This document shows positions 26,829 through 41,046 of a stretch of 64,000 nucleotides of DNA, in pieces. The notes under the pieces are model-generated. The model ran no database searches and was not told where the DNA came from. It worked only from the letters and a program-made list of their open reading frames with translations. The stretch is from NCBI GenBank assembly GCA_963693365.1, contig CAVNZM010000009.1, positions 452,963 through 516,962 on the forward strand, written 5' to 3'. Origin of the DNA: Amoebidium appalachense (Eukaryota > Protista > Ichthyosporea). Numbering within the stretch: position 1 is the first letter of the stretch; the number at the start of each line of letters is the position of its first letter. The translations under genes and the position numbers were made by a program.

Positions 26829-28372
26829 AAAAAAAGAACGAACTAGCATCGTAACGATGCATTGCAAGTGGGCTGCCGTGCCTCTCCGATCCTATGAATT
26901 TTACCAGCCTGCCCGTAGTGTGTGGACTCGGTGCTGCATGCAGTGTTTACAGTTGCCAACGTACACGTGCAACGTCTTCCGAAGATCCAGCCTGGCCGTG
27001 GTACTCTCTTTGCACCATATGTGGCATAGTACTCTAGCACCACCCCTCTGACGTGCCATTAGCATACAGACCCCGGGGCAGCTGCCAAGAGCACGTCACT
27101 TTCAAAGGCTCATCCCCATAGCCACCCCCCCCCCCCCCCCCCCCCCCCCGTCCCGGCCCTCCCCCCTCCTCCCCCCCCGCCCCCCTCCCCCATAACCATG
27201 GTCCCCTTTTCTTTGTGGGTGTTATTAATTAGACCTAGAGGGAGCCACGAGGCCCCCCCCGGGAGGGGGGGGAAGGGAGGGAGAGGGGGGGGGGAGGGGG
27301 GGGGGGGGGGGGGGGGGGGAGAGGTGGGGGAGGGGGAGGGGGATCCCGCTAACACGTAAGGCTACAACGGGCGGGGGGAAGGGGGGGGGGGGGGAAATCA
27401 ATCAAACGAAGCAAGTTGCCCACCGACGGTTGATGCTATATTAGCGCTCTACAAGGCCGTACTTCCATTTAATTCGGTTGTAGTATTTTTGGCCTGACGC
27501 AGGTGGCCCACTCTTCACACAGCAAAAATCCTACCGAGGGCCTGGGACAGAAGCTGTTATATGTAGTGAAACGTCTGTGGATGCGCATGGTTTCAGGAAA
27601 AAAAAATTCTTTGCACAGCGCAGCATGTACAGGCGTGTATTTGCAATCTGTTCGAACCCCGGCGCGCGTCAAGGAATTAAATTCTCCCCGTTGCAACTTC
27701 CCCTCGCCCCCCACAAACGCACCCACCCACCCACACAACACACGCATACTCCCCCCCCCCCCTCCCCCCACCCTGTAACCCTTTAGGCAGAAAAAAAAAA
27801 AGAAACGGACACAACAGGGGCTCAACTATCCGAAGCTTCCCAAGCACCAAACCCTCTTCTCACTAGCTCACTCCTTCCTTTCCGATAGCCTCCCTTCCGA
27901 GGTCCTGCCAGAAACTTTAGTCAGCCCGTGTGTGCACTACCTCGGCATCTGAGAGGCTTGCATGCTTCCCTTACCATGACTTTGGTAGGTAGCAGAGACC
28001 CATCAAGCTATTATCTTCTCAAAGTCAAGCCAGCAGTTTATTTTGGGACGCATGCTTGCCCTCGATGGTAGCGACTTCCAAAGACTTGACCGTGTGGTTG
28101 TGTGGGGCCGTAATTCTGCTTTGGTCGTTGAAGGCATCCTCGCGGTGAAAAAGCACTTAACTACATATGTTTGTCGTTGCAGCTATTTATCTCAAACAAG
28201 CCAGAAGCCCGAGGGCATATAAAACAATAACTATCACGTCTGTAAATTGTGGCTGGCCTTTGATATCCATTGGAACTAAGCAACATGGGTTGGGGTTATT
28301 AGTGAACAAGCCAAAAGTATTTACAAAGCAGCAGCCAAAGGTGCAGTGCACGTAACAACTTTGAGAAGGGGT

Positions 28373-28388
28373 GGTGTTTAAAAACACC
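28373..28388 (-). other. Histone 3' stem-loop of H4 (GGTGTT-TTTA-AACACC)
   Basis: Followed on the - strand by ACCCCTTCT-CAAAG-TTGTTAC. Confidence 0.88.
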
Positions 28389-28426
28389 AAATATCTTTCG
28401 TGCGTCGTTGGGCAACCAAGTAACAC

Positions 28427-29031
<605 letters not shown>

Positions 29032-29436
29032 ATGTCAGGCAAAGGAAAGGGAGGTAAGGGAAAGGTTGCGGGCGGCAAGGCCAAGTCCCGCTCGTCCCGG
29101 GCCGGGCTTCAGTTCCCCGTTGGCCGTGTGCACCGTCTGCTCCGCAAGGGCAACTATGCTGAGCGCGTGGGTGCTGGTGCCCCCGTGTACCTCGCAGCCG
29201 TCCTCGAGTACTTGGCAGCTGAGATTCTCGAGCTGGCTGGCAACGCTGCCCGCGACAACAAGAAGACCCGTATCATCCCCCGCCATCTTCAGCTCGCCAT
29301 TCGCAACGATGAGGAGCTTAACCGCCTGCTCGGTGGCGTGACCATCGCCCAGGGTGGTGTGCTGCCCAACATCCACGCCGTCCTGCTGCCCAAGAAGACC
29401 GGCAAGGAGGGCACCAGCAAGAAGGCCGAGGCATAA
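29032..29436 (+). CDS. H2A: Histone H2A (intronless, 134 aa)
   Basis: [58 protein letters not shown]; no SQ(E/D) H2A.X tail. Confidence 0.99.
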   Translation: MSGKGKGGKGKVAGGKAKSRSSRAGLQFPVGRVHRLLRKGNYAERVGAGAPVYLAAVLEYLAAEILELAGNAARDNKKTRIIPRHLQLAIRNDEELNRLLGGVTIAQGGVLPNIHAVLLPKKTGKEGTSKKAEA

Positions 29437-29470
29437 GTGCACACAGTATCTGCCCAACCAGACAAGAAAT

Positions 29471-29486
29471 GGTGTTTTTAAACACC
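29471..29486 (+). other. Histone 3' stem-loop of H2A (GGTGTT-TTTA-AACACC)
   Basis: Followed by ACCACCTCT-CAAAG-CTCTTATC. Confidence 0.88.
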
Positions 29487-30339
29487 ACCACCTCTCAAAG
29501 CTCTTATCGTATGGCTCACTGGTTTAGTAGTTTGAAAGCTGTGTATGTGGTTCTGTTTGCGAGTCTGTAAACAAGTGTTACACACCGGGTTCCCAGGAGT
29601 GCAAAGCTGGGGGGTGTTGACGAGGTGGTAGACTGTGTTCATTTACTGAGGGACACAGCGTGGACACAAGGTGAGTGAGGTGGGCTCTGGATTCTGTGTG
29701 GAATGCTAAAGGTCGTGGGGTGTGTGGGGACGGGGGGTAGGCTAGTGGATGGGCCCTCCGGTCACGTTCGGATCCTGACCAAGAGGGCAATTATACAAGT
29801 GATTGTGATTTGCAATGCCGGCTGCTACAACGTTTCACCGACCGACACATGGGCTTGACGGGAGTCATAGGCTCTCTTCAATGCGATCACGAAGCTACGA
29901 TTATGTTATTCCAACACGAAGTTGCTCAAAGTTGCTGGAAAAATAGCGAAATGCAGGAGCCCCAGTGAATGCATCTGCATTTTAACACCTCCCTTTGTCT
30001 CCCCCTCCCTCCCCCCTTCGCCTTTCCTCATCTTCCCTTTCCCCCCCCCCCCTCCACCACCACCACCACCACACACATTTCATGACACACAAAAATGATC
30101 GACAAACAGCAAGCAGTCATGGTCAAAATCCAAAAATGTGCAGCCTTATTATTTCTTTTGTTTCTGCACAGCACCACATGTTAACTTGCAACAGGTAGAA
30201 CCGTAACATACCGAAACAAAATTTCGCATTGCTAACGCATTTTCTCCGACAACGACATGTCCACCTTCCGTCGAACTTGGCTTTCTCTCTGTCTCTGTCT
30301 CTCTTTCTCTCTCTCTCGCTCTTTTCCCCCCCCCTCTCC

Positions 30340-30377
<38 letters not shown>

Positions 30378-31764
30378 TTACATCCGTCCCCCCAGCCCGT
30401 CTCTCTCCGACTGCCGTCACCTCCCCACCCCCCGGAAACATAAAAATCTTCAACACATGTGCCAGTCGAAAACACCAGTATTGAGCCATCATCATATACT
30501 GTAGACTGTGTTTTGCTCCTGCACAGCGATGCAAAATTCATATCCCAGACAGGCTTTCAATCTACATATTTCCTAATACGAATGAAAAAAAGGCCCGTAT
30601 CGAGGGCACTTCTTCCCAATAACGTGGACATACAAATAACTTATCGAACATGCTGTTTTTGTACCATGTTCGGTAGCACTGATTCCGTTTACGCTGAATA
30701 GGCCCAGAAGAGAGGGGTAATCTTGGTTATAAGGTTTTGTGCACGAGAATCTAATCAGGGCAGCTTTAACAGTCATGAATAAAGCAGTTGCACTTGTAAA
30801 ACAGGCATATGCATAGTAATCCAACCCCGCAGAAGTTGCTGTTTTGCTCAGTCAAAAAACTCGCTGCAATCCTGTCTCTGGGAGCGGTCAGCTGCGCGAC
30901 CATAAATCTGTGCCAAGCAAGGATAACCCCTCATTTATATGGTAAAGTGTGTAATAGTGTCCGCCGGCTTTTCCTTGATTAGAAGTTGCATGAGAAGAAT
31001 CGCCCAAGTTTTTGTTTTTTTTTGCGATTTCTTGGTACCGAGCCAGTCTGTCACTCTCGACCAAGGCAGGCTCAGTTCGCCGGCCAGCTGCAACTGACGG
31101 AGGAGGGTAAATCCCACCTGGGTGTCATCGGAGTGTATGGCTGCTGTGCAAGTTTCAGGCCTACAACGCACATTAAAAATGATAGAAATAATTTGTTGCT
31201 CTAACTTTCTCCCATAAAAAAATGGGAGAAGAAACTACGTATATTGGTTTATATGGATATTTCTTGAACGCTTCTCCGAACATTCAAATCAGGCACTAAC
31301 GTTTTACCCCCTCCGAATCCGTATTTCATTGGTGCTTCATTCAGATCGGTTGCAGATCATGGAATGTTTTCATTTGTTCAAAAGTAGACCGGTGCCATTC
31401 TTAGTGTTGATTGCTGGTCACTTATGGAGGATGCTGATTGGTTACAAATTGGGAATCCAAGTTCCAAAATGTATACAATATTATCTTTTTACACATACAA
31501 AATACAACAATACAGCACTATGAGCAAGTAATAATAATATTATAGTTAAATAATACCCATAATTGACAAAGAAAATATATGCATGGTAACAAGCATTATT
31601 CGGCCGCTGTGTTTATGATTTCATAATACTCGCCAGTGCTTTGTTATTGGTGCATTATCATAGATGCGACGGGTTCACTCTCGGCTGCCGGATTGCCGCT
31701 CAAGTATAAATTCCAGCTTGCTGCCACCAACGGTCACCAACCCTTCACAATTTTAAACTCCAAA

Positions 31765-32391
31765 ATGTCTGACGCTGCCGCAGCTCCCGCCGCCGCCCCC
31801 GCGGCCCCCGCGGCCCCCGCCAAGGCCTCGAAGAAGGCCGCAAAGCCCAAGGCCGCAGCCAAGCCCAAGGCTGCCGCGGCACACCCCGCCTACTTGGACA
31901 TGGTTGTGGAGGCCATCAAGGCCATCAACGACCGCAAGGGGGCCAGCAGGCAGGCACTGCTCAAGTGGATCGACGGCAAGTACAAGGTCGGCGCCGGCGG
32001 CAAGACTCACCTCAACCTGGCCCTCAAGAAGGCCGTGGCCTCGGGAAAGCTGGTCACCGCCAAGGGCCACGCCGGTTCCTACCGCCTGCCTGCCGCAGCC
32101 AAGGCCGAGAAGAAGGCCCCGGCCAAGCCCAAGGCCGAGAAAGCAGCTAAGCCCAAGAAGGCTGCCCCCGCCAAGAAGGCCGCTGCTAAGAAGACCTCCG
32201 CCAAGAAGGCCGCTAAGCCCAAGACCGCCAAGGCTGCCGCCAAGCCTAAGGCCGCTAAGCCCGCAGCAAAGCCTAAGGCCGCCAAGCCTGCAGCCAAGCC
32301 CAAGGCCGCTAAGCCCAAGGTTGCCAAGAAGGCAGCAAAGCCTAAGGTTGCTAAGAAGGCCGCCAAGGCCAAGACTAGCAAGAAGGCATAA
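31765..32391 (+). CDS. H1: Linker histone H1 (intronless, 208 aa)
   Basis: Globular domain HPAYLDMVVEAIKAINDRKGASRQALLKWI..LALKKAVASGKLV..GSYRL with K/A/P-rich tails; TATAAAT at ~31705. Confidence 0.96.
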   Translation: MSDAAAAPAAAPAAPAAPAKASKKAAKPKAAAKPKAAAAHPAYLDMVVEAIKAINDRKGASRQALLKWIDGKYKVGAGGKTHLNLALKKAVASGKLVTAKGHAGSYRLPAAAKAEKKAPAKPKAEKAAKPKKAAPAKKAAAKKTSAKKAAKPKTAKAAAKPKAAKPAAKPKAAKPAAKPKAAKPKVAKKAAKPKVAKKAAKAKTSKKA

Positions 32392-32425
32392 GCGACACAC
32401 TGCTAGGACACAGCTCCAACCATTT

Positions 32426-32443
32426 GGGTGTTTGTAAACACCC
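32426..32443 (+). other. Histone 3' stem-loop of H1 (GGGTGTT-TGTA-AACACCC)
   Basis: Followed by ACCCCTTTT-CAAAG-TCGTTATC. Confidence 0.85.
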
Positions 32444-33452
32444 ACCCCTTTTCAAAGTCGTTATCAGCTATCCCCTCCTCCCCAACTAGATGGTGTCCTA
32501 TCGTTCATGAGTGAGTGTACACACCGGCTTTTTTTTGGGGTGGCAACATTCCGGTCCCTGGTTCCCCGGGCAATTAACATCCAATCATATTTCGAGCGGG
32601 TAAGCTCCTCGCCTCCTCCCTCCGACGCAGAAGGCACCTGGTTCGAAATCCCGGGATGTAGCGCATTGGGGATCGGATGCCCTGATGGGACTCGCCTGGG
32701 TGCAGAACTATGGCAATGGCCCTCTAAGCTATCTCCAACCGGGGTAGTCAAGGATCGGATGCCTTGGCTATTCCGGAAGTCATTATAAAAAAAATAATTT
32801 CAAGCTAAAATCTGATAAAATCGACATGCATAGAGAAGATCATGCCATCCTCTGACCGCAATCATGCACTTTAGAGGGAAAAAATAATAACGAAGAAAAT
32901 ATAATGTTTCTAGCATAGTGTCTTTTCATTTCTTGTTTATGCCTTATTTTTCTTGTCGTCAAAGGGCTCTCGTATCATTTTTTATTCCATATATGACCCG
33001 ACCGGCTGACCGAATTCGGACCCCCCCCATAAGATAGCATCTCCCCCAACAGCCCCCCTCTTCTCCAGACCATCCCCTCATACATATGGTTGCACCCAAC
33101 ATGTCCGCGCCCTTTAGTAAACTTTGGCCTGCCCACATTTTAGTGATTCGTTGTGTGTAGCTTGGCCTAGGTAGGTTAGTGGTTGGCACCTTTTTCATTT
33201 CTTCGTGTTTCCTCAACTCCTAGCTCCAGCCGGAGCGCCTGTACACTGAACAAAATTAAGCGCACAGTCGCGTCCATGTAACCCATATCTGTTTTACCTA
33301 AGCTAAATCTATATAGCACGAACTCGTGTTCCTATCCTCTCGTCTCTGCCGTAGATCATGCATTTCACACAAATTTCCCCTTGAGACTGCACTAACAGCT
33401 CAACCTCACTATACTACACATACACATATATACACGATGTTTCCCCCTCCTC

Positions 33453-34448
33453 TCACTTGAACACCTGCTGCAGGAGGTCTGTTGTGCGGTACTTTGGGTC
33501 TGTGCGTATCTTCTCCTCCTGCTCGCCAATCATAAGGAAGAGCCCCTTGAGCCCGTGCTCCAACGTGTACTCGTCCACGTCAACCTGAACAAGAAGAGAA
33601 GGTCAGTACGGGGAGGGAGGGAGGGAGAGGGGGGGGGGGGGTACGTGTGGAAATGTTGCTGTCTGGAGTGTTACAACAGTTGAGTAATCGGTTGTGTAAA
33701 GGGTAGGGGAAGAGGGACACGGGGGAAGGGGGGAGGGGGGGGGGGGGGGGGGGGGGGGGACAAGAAGAAGTGGGCCTTGTGGGTGGGTGGAAGGGAGGGT
33801 GGTTAGTTTTTGTGTGCTGTGGGGTGAGGGAGGGAGGGGGAAAGGGGGGGGGGGGGGTACGTGTGGAAATGTTGCTGTCTGGAGTGTTACAACAGTTGAG
33901 TAATCGGTTGTGTAAAGGGTAGGGGAAGAGGGAAACGGGGGAAGGGGGGGGGGAGGGGGGGGGGGGGGGGGACAAGAAGAAGTGGGCCTTGTGGGTGGGT
34001 GGAAGGGAGGGTGGTTAGTTTTTGTGTGCTGTGGGGTGAGGGAGGGAGGGGGAAAGGGGGGGGGGGGGGGGGGGGAGGGGACCGGTGGGTAGCTGGTGCT
34101 TGGGAGGTGGGTAGGTGTGGGGGTACATGAGTAGTTTGTAAATGTGGGCGGGTAAATTGTTTGTAAACGTATGTATGTGTGGGTAGGTGTTTACTATTCG
34201 AGTGGATGGGTATCAAGCGCAAGGCAAGTGTATGTGCAGGTATGTGTGTGGCTGCCTGCCCATCCACACTGGTGCACGTGAGCGGATAAGGGGGGTTGTC
34301 AGCATGTCTTTTCACATTTTTCGTGGGCACGTGTGCATGTGTGCGCAATCCTCGGTGCAGTATGCACACCTACCATCTACAGATCCACAACACCCCCAAC
34401 AAATTGCTGCCCCCTCTCCTCACTCCCCCCTCTCCCCCCCCCCCCCCA

Positions 34449-34498
<50 letters not shown>

Positions 34499-34613
34499 TT
34501 ACACACACCCAGCCTTCTTCCCATAACCAGCCCCCCCCCTCTCCCACCCCCTCCCCCCCCCCCCCCCCCCACCGGGGACACACGCACACACACATTACAC
34601 ACACAAACACACA

Positions 34614-34655
<42 letters not shown>

Positions 34656-34914
34656 CTTTCTACACACCCCAGCCCTCTTCTCACAATCAGCCCCTTCCCT
34701 ACCCCGCCGTGCCCTTCTCCCCCCCCCCCCCCCAGGGGAGGGAGGGAGGGATGGAACACAAAGACGACGAAGAAAAGAAAATAACAACGAACACATACCC
34801 TGATCATGGACTCGAGGAAAGGGATGTTCTTAACCACGGGTAGCTTCAGAATGTTGTCCATGAGGCTGTCGTAGTAGTGCGTCACCTGCAGAGGGGGGTG
34901 AGCACGTGCACAGC

Positions 34915-34971
<57 letters not shown>

Positions 34972-35125
34972 ACGCACACACATGCACGCACACACACACG
35001 GACAAACACACACGCGCACACGCACACGCACGCACACACACACGTGATCAAGAAGATTGGAACAAAGCGAAGATTTGCTCTGCGTGTCACAATCCTGCAT
35101 ACATCAGTGGTTGTGTTTTTTCCCC

Positions 35126-35162
<37 letters not shown>

Positions 35163-35947
35163 GGGATAAAGGGTGGGCAGACAATTGCAAACAGCCGACA
35201 AACGATAAGTGATGTCCATAAGAGGTACAATACTGCACAATTTATGGACACATGTATGTGCCTATGGCTGGCTATCTAAGTGTGCTAACAAAGAAGGGAT
35301 ATTGACTGGAATAGTATATGTGCTTGGCGCCACAGACGTGTCAAAGAAGCACCAATTGAGTAAAAGGATTCAAACTGATGTAACTGTTTAAACAGGCTGT
35401 GAAGCAAAACTAGACATCTTTTCCCATGGCAAATTTTGTTTCGAACATAGTAAGTATATCACCGACCGGCCTAATCTAGTAAGATCGTGAAAAAGTTATC
35501 CGAAATCGATATACTTTAGTATATCGCTTATATGAAAGGGCCGAAAGATATACTACGGTAGTATAGTATATATATTGGTCAGATTGATCTTGATTGGAAG
35601 TGAACGCATCGAATTGCGCACCAGGCACGGCCTCGTGGGTCGCGGCTGGCTCGGCGACTGCGCGCAATCCTGCGGTATACTTATCATATACTAACCAAGA
35701 ATTGGTATGGTAAACACGACGAACATTAAATAATATATAATAAATACGTCAAGATATGCTTATAATACTATTTAAATTGTGTAATGGTAAAAGATGTCTA
35801 CTGAACGAGCCACTCTCAAGACAAGGGGGGTCTTACGTGGTTCTTAGCCACCTCCTCCCTGATGATTGGCCCAAATGCATCCTTCAGCTTGGGGGTGCAC
35901 GTGCGCTCAAAGAACTCTGTGGCCGCACGGTTGTCATTGCCCTGTAG

Positions 35948-36003
<56 letters not shown>

Positions 36004-36023
36004 GTGTGCGTGGGCGTGTGTGT

Positions 36024-36054
<31 letters not shown>

Positions 36055-36115
36055 GTGGAGGTGGTGGTGGTTTTCTTTTCTTTCTTTTCTTTTTTTTCCT
36101 TTTTTTTTTTTTTGT

Positions 36116-36151
<36 letters not shown>

Positions 36152-36350
36152 AGGACAGAGCGGGCGTGTGTATAGGTGGATGGGTGAGTGTGTGTGGGTG
36201 TGTCTCCGTAGGTGGGTTTGCGGTAATGGTTGGGCGAGGCGGAAAGGGTCGGGGTAGGGGATGCCCGGTGTTTTTTTTTTCTTCCTTTTTTTTTTTTTTT
36301 TTTTTTTGTTTGTTTGTTTTTTTGTTTTGTTGTTGTTGTTGGAGGGGGCA

Positions 36351-36394
<44 letters not shown>

Positions 36395-36500
36395 AGAAGT
36401 CATTTGACTCTGGCATGTATAGAGTGTCCAGCAGAGTCTAGACTGCCTCTGCGTGTGTATGTGAACTAAATCGGGGGAGGGAAGGTGAGGGGCGGGAGAG

Positions 36501-36535
<35 letters not shown>

Positions 36536-37605
36536 GAAGGGCTCGAGTTTGATGCAATTCAGCAAAGAGAACGAGAGCCAGTCTCGGCTGTAAATGATGC
36601 ACACTCAGAGGGAAGGGAGGAGGAGAAGAGAGGTGTTGGGGGGGGGGGGGGGGGGTAGAAAGGGCAGGAAAAAATCTTGAACCCCCACTCCACTCCCCAC
36701 ACATGCACCTAAACCAGCTAATCCTCCCCCTCCCCCCCTCCCTCCACCCACCCACCTTCCCTAATACAAAAACCCCCATCCACAAGGAACAAAAACAAAA
36801 AAAAACACCCACGTACACACAGACACACACACACTCACCTTCCATATGTTCTTGACATCCTCAAACTGCATAGCGCCCAGTGCGTCAAAAAAAACATCCA
36901 AGCCCAAGGGCACAGCCTTTTCAGCGGCGTGGTTCATGCTGCTCTCAAACTCACTCGACACCTTATCCACCACCACATTTGCACCAGGCACTTGCTTGGC
37001 CGCTTCAAGAATGGGTTGCACTTTGGGAGGAACACCGATTTTGACTGCTTGGTTCATAAGGAATCCGTTTTCTTTGCCGATCATCTGAACTGCTGTTTGG
37101 ATACCAATCTGCGTGGAAAAGGGGAAATGGTTGGGTTGTAAGAGAGTGCCGTGTGTGTTTTTGGTGTGATCACTGGCGTGTGCTTTGAAATTGTGTACGT
37201 GTGTGTTGGAGCGACAGGTGTGGTGAGATAGAGGTGTACATGTGTGTAAACGATTTTTGTATTGGTTGCAGACTGCATTTCAGGTTTCAGGGCAAGGTGT
37301 GTGGGGGAAGTGCCAGGGTGGGTGGGTGGAGTGATGGTGTGTCTGTGTGTGCGAGAGCAACTGAGCATATGCGATGGATATAAAGTATGTATACAAGGGC
37401 TTTTGTGTATCTGTCATGTGTGTTGGGTGTGTGAATGAGTGATATGCGGGTGTGTGGGTGTGTGCACGCAAGTGTGTGGTGCGCACGCTCTCTCCCTCTC
37501 TCCCTCCCTCACTTCCTCCCTCCCTCCCTCCATCCCTCCCTCCCTCCCTCCCTCCCCCCCCCCCTCCCTCCCCCTCCCCTCCCTCCCCCCCTACCTCCCT
37601 CCCTC

Positions 37606-37654
<49 letters not shown>

Positions 37655-37660
37655 ATGTGC

Positions 37661-37707
<47 letters not shown>

Positions 37708-37796
37708 TGTGTGAAAGCAGAAGGATGTGACGTGTGTGCATGTATGAACACATTCATGGTTATAAATTGAAAGTGTTGTGTGTGTGTGTGTAGGTG

Positions 37797-37834
<38 letters not shown>

Positions 37835-39088
37835 CCTCCCCCCCCCCCCCTTTCTCTCTCTCCTCCTCCCCCCCCCTCCCTCCCTCCTTCCCCTCCCCCC
37901 TCCATCCCCCCCCCCCCCCCTCCGACTCCCTCTTCCCCCCTCCCTCTCCCCCTCTTCCTCTCACCTCACTCCTCCGTCCCTTCTTATTCCTCCCCCTCTC
38001 CCCCCCCCCCCCCCCCCTTTATGTGTGTTTGTGTGTGTGCCCTCGTTTCTCTCTCTCTCTCCGTTCTCTCTCTCTGTCTCTGTCTCTCTCTCTCTCGCCC
38101 TCTCTCTCTCTCTCCTCTCTCCGTCCCCATCTCTCCCCTCTCCCCCCTCCCCCCCCCCCCCCCCCCCCCCGTTCACCCACACACACAAACACTCCCCCTC
38201 TCCCCCTCTCCCCCTCTCTCGCCCTTTCCTTCCCTCTCGGTATCTACGTCACTCTCTCACCGTGTGTAAATGAGTGTGTGTGTGTAGTGTGCGTGTGTGT
38301 GTGGGTAAGTGTGTGTGCAATGGTGTGTGCATGCCTGCACCTGCGTGTGTGCCAGTCAGGTAATCCCGTCAACACCTTTTCACCGACCACCGAATTCGTT
38401 TTCCCCGCAGTATTCACCACCACCTTTTACAAACCAAGACCCTACCATACACACATATTGTTTCATAAATGTTCAACAAGCTCCTCCCACCCTAGTCTCC
38501 TGCAGTTGCCCTTTCCCTCTCCTTTTTGAGAATCAAGGAACAGACGTGCACAGGTGGTTAAACCCAGAAGACATAAGCATTTACTCTTCAGATCAAGCAG
38601 AGATTTTTAGTGAACTACAAAGCAGAGATTTTTAGTGAACTACGCGATTGCCATCAGAAATCCTTGTAAGCTTCCCCTCTTCCCCGCTTTCTTCACTTCC
38701 CCTCTTTCTGCCACCAACAACCATCACTACCATCAACAGATTTACTTCCCTGTCCCCCCTTCCGCCCTCTCTCCCCCCCCCCCTTCCCCTCCCCCTCCAC
38801 CCCACCCCACCCGCACACACACACACACACACGTTAACCCCCCACACACACCTCCCTCTCTCCCTCCCCAAGTTCCCTTCACAGTTACACTCACCGGCTC
38901 CCCCCTACCTTTAGTGCCTCTTTCAACCCGGCAGCGATCTTGTCCACCCCCAAGTCGTTCATCAGTGCCTGTGCCTGGGGCGTCTGCATCATCTGCCCGG
39001 TTGCCTGCTCTACGAATGTGCCCGCCACACCCCCCGTGGCTTCGTTAAGCTTGTTTGCCCCATCGAGCAACTGATTGAAAAAGGACAT
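33453..39088 (-). CDS. DUF4197-family protein (bacterial-type), 5 exons, 257 aa
   Basis: Exons 39088-38909, 37108-36839, 35941-35837, 34885-34799, 33584-33453, all phase-0 GT-AG. Motifs [74 protein letters not shown] match the family as I recall it; no database search was run. Confidence 0.85.
33630..34065. repeat. Tandem duplication, ~216-bp period, two copies, in DUF4197 intron 4
   Basis: GTACGTGTGGAAATGTTGCTGTCTGGAG.. starts at 33641 and again at 33857. Confidence 0.9.
35411..35800. mobile_element. 390-bp MITE-like element, copy 2, in DUF4197 intron 3
   Basis: TAGACATCTTTTCCCAT ... ATGGTAAAAGATGTCTA; flanks readable as TA/TA or ACT/ACT. Confidence 0.65.
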
Positions 39089-40695
39089 CCTGGACTTCTA
39101 GATCTCTGGCAAAAATGACAGGGGTAGGAGGGAGATGTTGAACTGTTCAAAATGTCATGTGGCTCATGCACCAAGAACTCGGCGGTATGGAAAGATGAAT
39201 GAAAGTGTGATACTTCTGCTATAGTAAATGGACAATGAGCTGTATCGTAATATTCTGCTAACCCAAAAAAGTTCACAGAAACTTACGCGCACAGGACGCT
39301 GTCAGCCTGTCACCATGGCCACACCGGCAGTCTTGGCGCCAAGACTGGAAAACATGGTTGCAAGGATCTAACTTATTACGAAGTGCTGGCTGCTGATTGG
39401 CGCAAAATGCCTGCCTAATATGGCTAATCTCAAAGAACCCAGTAACCATTCGCCACGCCATAACGTCACCATGTGAGCGCACATGTGATCATGCACTGTG
39501 CACACGCACGTGCACGCACGTGTATATGCACGTGCACGTGGGTACAGCAAGCCGGTAGTGCACACATGAGGAGGATGCCCATGCATAGGTGGTCACATGG
39601 TTGTAGTAACTTGCGTGATTTATCAGGCGATGCTGGCGTACCCCGAACCAACATCGAAAGCGCAATTTCATCATCATAAACGCGATGGCCATGTGCATGT
39701 GGCCCTGGATGAAGTGAACTTGTAGTGCGACGACAAAAACACAGTTTATTCGTACGTAACGTTAAAAGCATGCTGTTAGTGCTACCTCATTATACACTTA
39801 TGGTATTTATATCACAGGGCCCCAACCCACAAAATTTACTCACTTGAAATAGAGCTAGGCGCTCACGCAAGACTTAGTATCACATGCAAACTCCAAGATA
39901 TTGCATATCACTGTAGCTTATCACTGTATCATCCACCACCTCGAAGCTGCAGAGCTCACAAAGCATCAACAATAAAAGCAACAAGAAACCCCCCCCCCCC
40001 CCTCCCCCCCCCCCCCCCCCCCCCCCCGTCCCCAGCGGCAAGGCTCATAAAATAATGTAAAGAAAGAAAAAAAAAAAAAGGGGGAAAAAAAAGAAAGAAA
40101 AGAAAAAAAAGAAAAGCCAGAGTAGAAGTATGGATCCTACCTAGACAAACAATATCAACGGAGCTTGAAAATGTGGCCATCCCAAAAGGCCATTTCAGCA
40201 AACCTGGGCTAGAAGTGAGATACATTGATCAAAATGCTACATACCTTCGCAACTCTATGTGAATCCATTATACTAAGTGGGCATACGCGTGAGGCTGGTA
40301 CGATCGGAATCGAGTCAGGCTAATAACATGTGATGCTAGACAAAGGTTGTGTGCAGAGCGATCTAGTGTAGTAAGAAAGAGGAAGACAGTGTGCCAATAA
40401 ACATTCACCTGCTGTAAAGAAACTCTTTTGCGTGTGAGTTCGTGCAAGTGTGTACCCGCGACATGTGCATGCAATCATCAACAGGCAAGCAATCCATCAC
40501 ACACACACATGGGCACGCGCTCACACTCACACATGCATATACCAGTCACCCAACACCCACAGCCCCGATGCTACGGAGACAGTAAAAATCGTTATCAATG
40601 TGGAGGGTAAACCGGCACACTATCCAAGATGCAACAAGTAGGAGAGTGCAGGGGACATTCATGTACGTGTGGTAGCATGGGGCGCACATGGCCTA

Positions 40696-41011
40696 TCACC
40701 TGCCTGCCCCGCCTCTGACAAATTCGTGCCTCATGGCCTCCTCAGCCGTCAGACGCCTGCAAAGTCTCAGTCAGAATCACTGTTCCCCCCCCCCCCCCCC
40801 CCCCCCCTCTCCCTCTTTACAAAGTACACTAAACACACACGTGGAAACATGGTGGAGGCTTGCCGGCCCAAAATGAAGTATGCAACCAAAACCAAGCCAA
40901 TTTTATGTGGCTTCACCTTACACAAGTCGCAGCCAAGTCCCCATTTCATTATTCCGTTAGATCCAAAACATGTCGGGATGGGTGGGTGGGTGCGAGGTGT
41001 GCATGTGTGTT

Positions 41012-41046
<35 letters not shown>

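Noticed and set aside
32600-32680. tRNA suggested by GGTTCGAAATCCC
   Set aside because: No cloverleaf, acceptor stem or properly spaced A box could be built.
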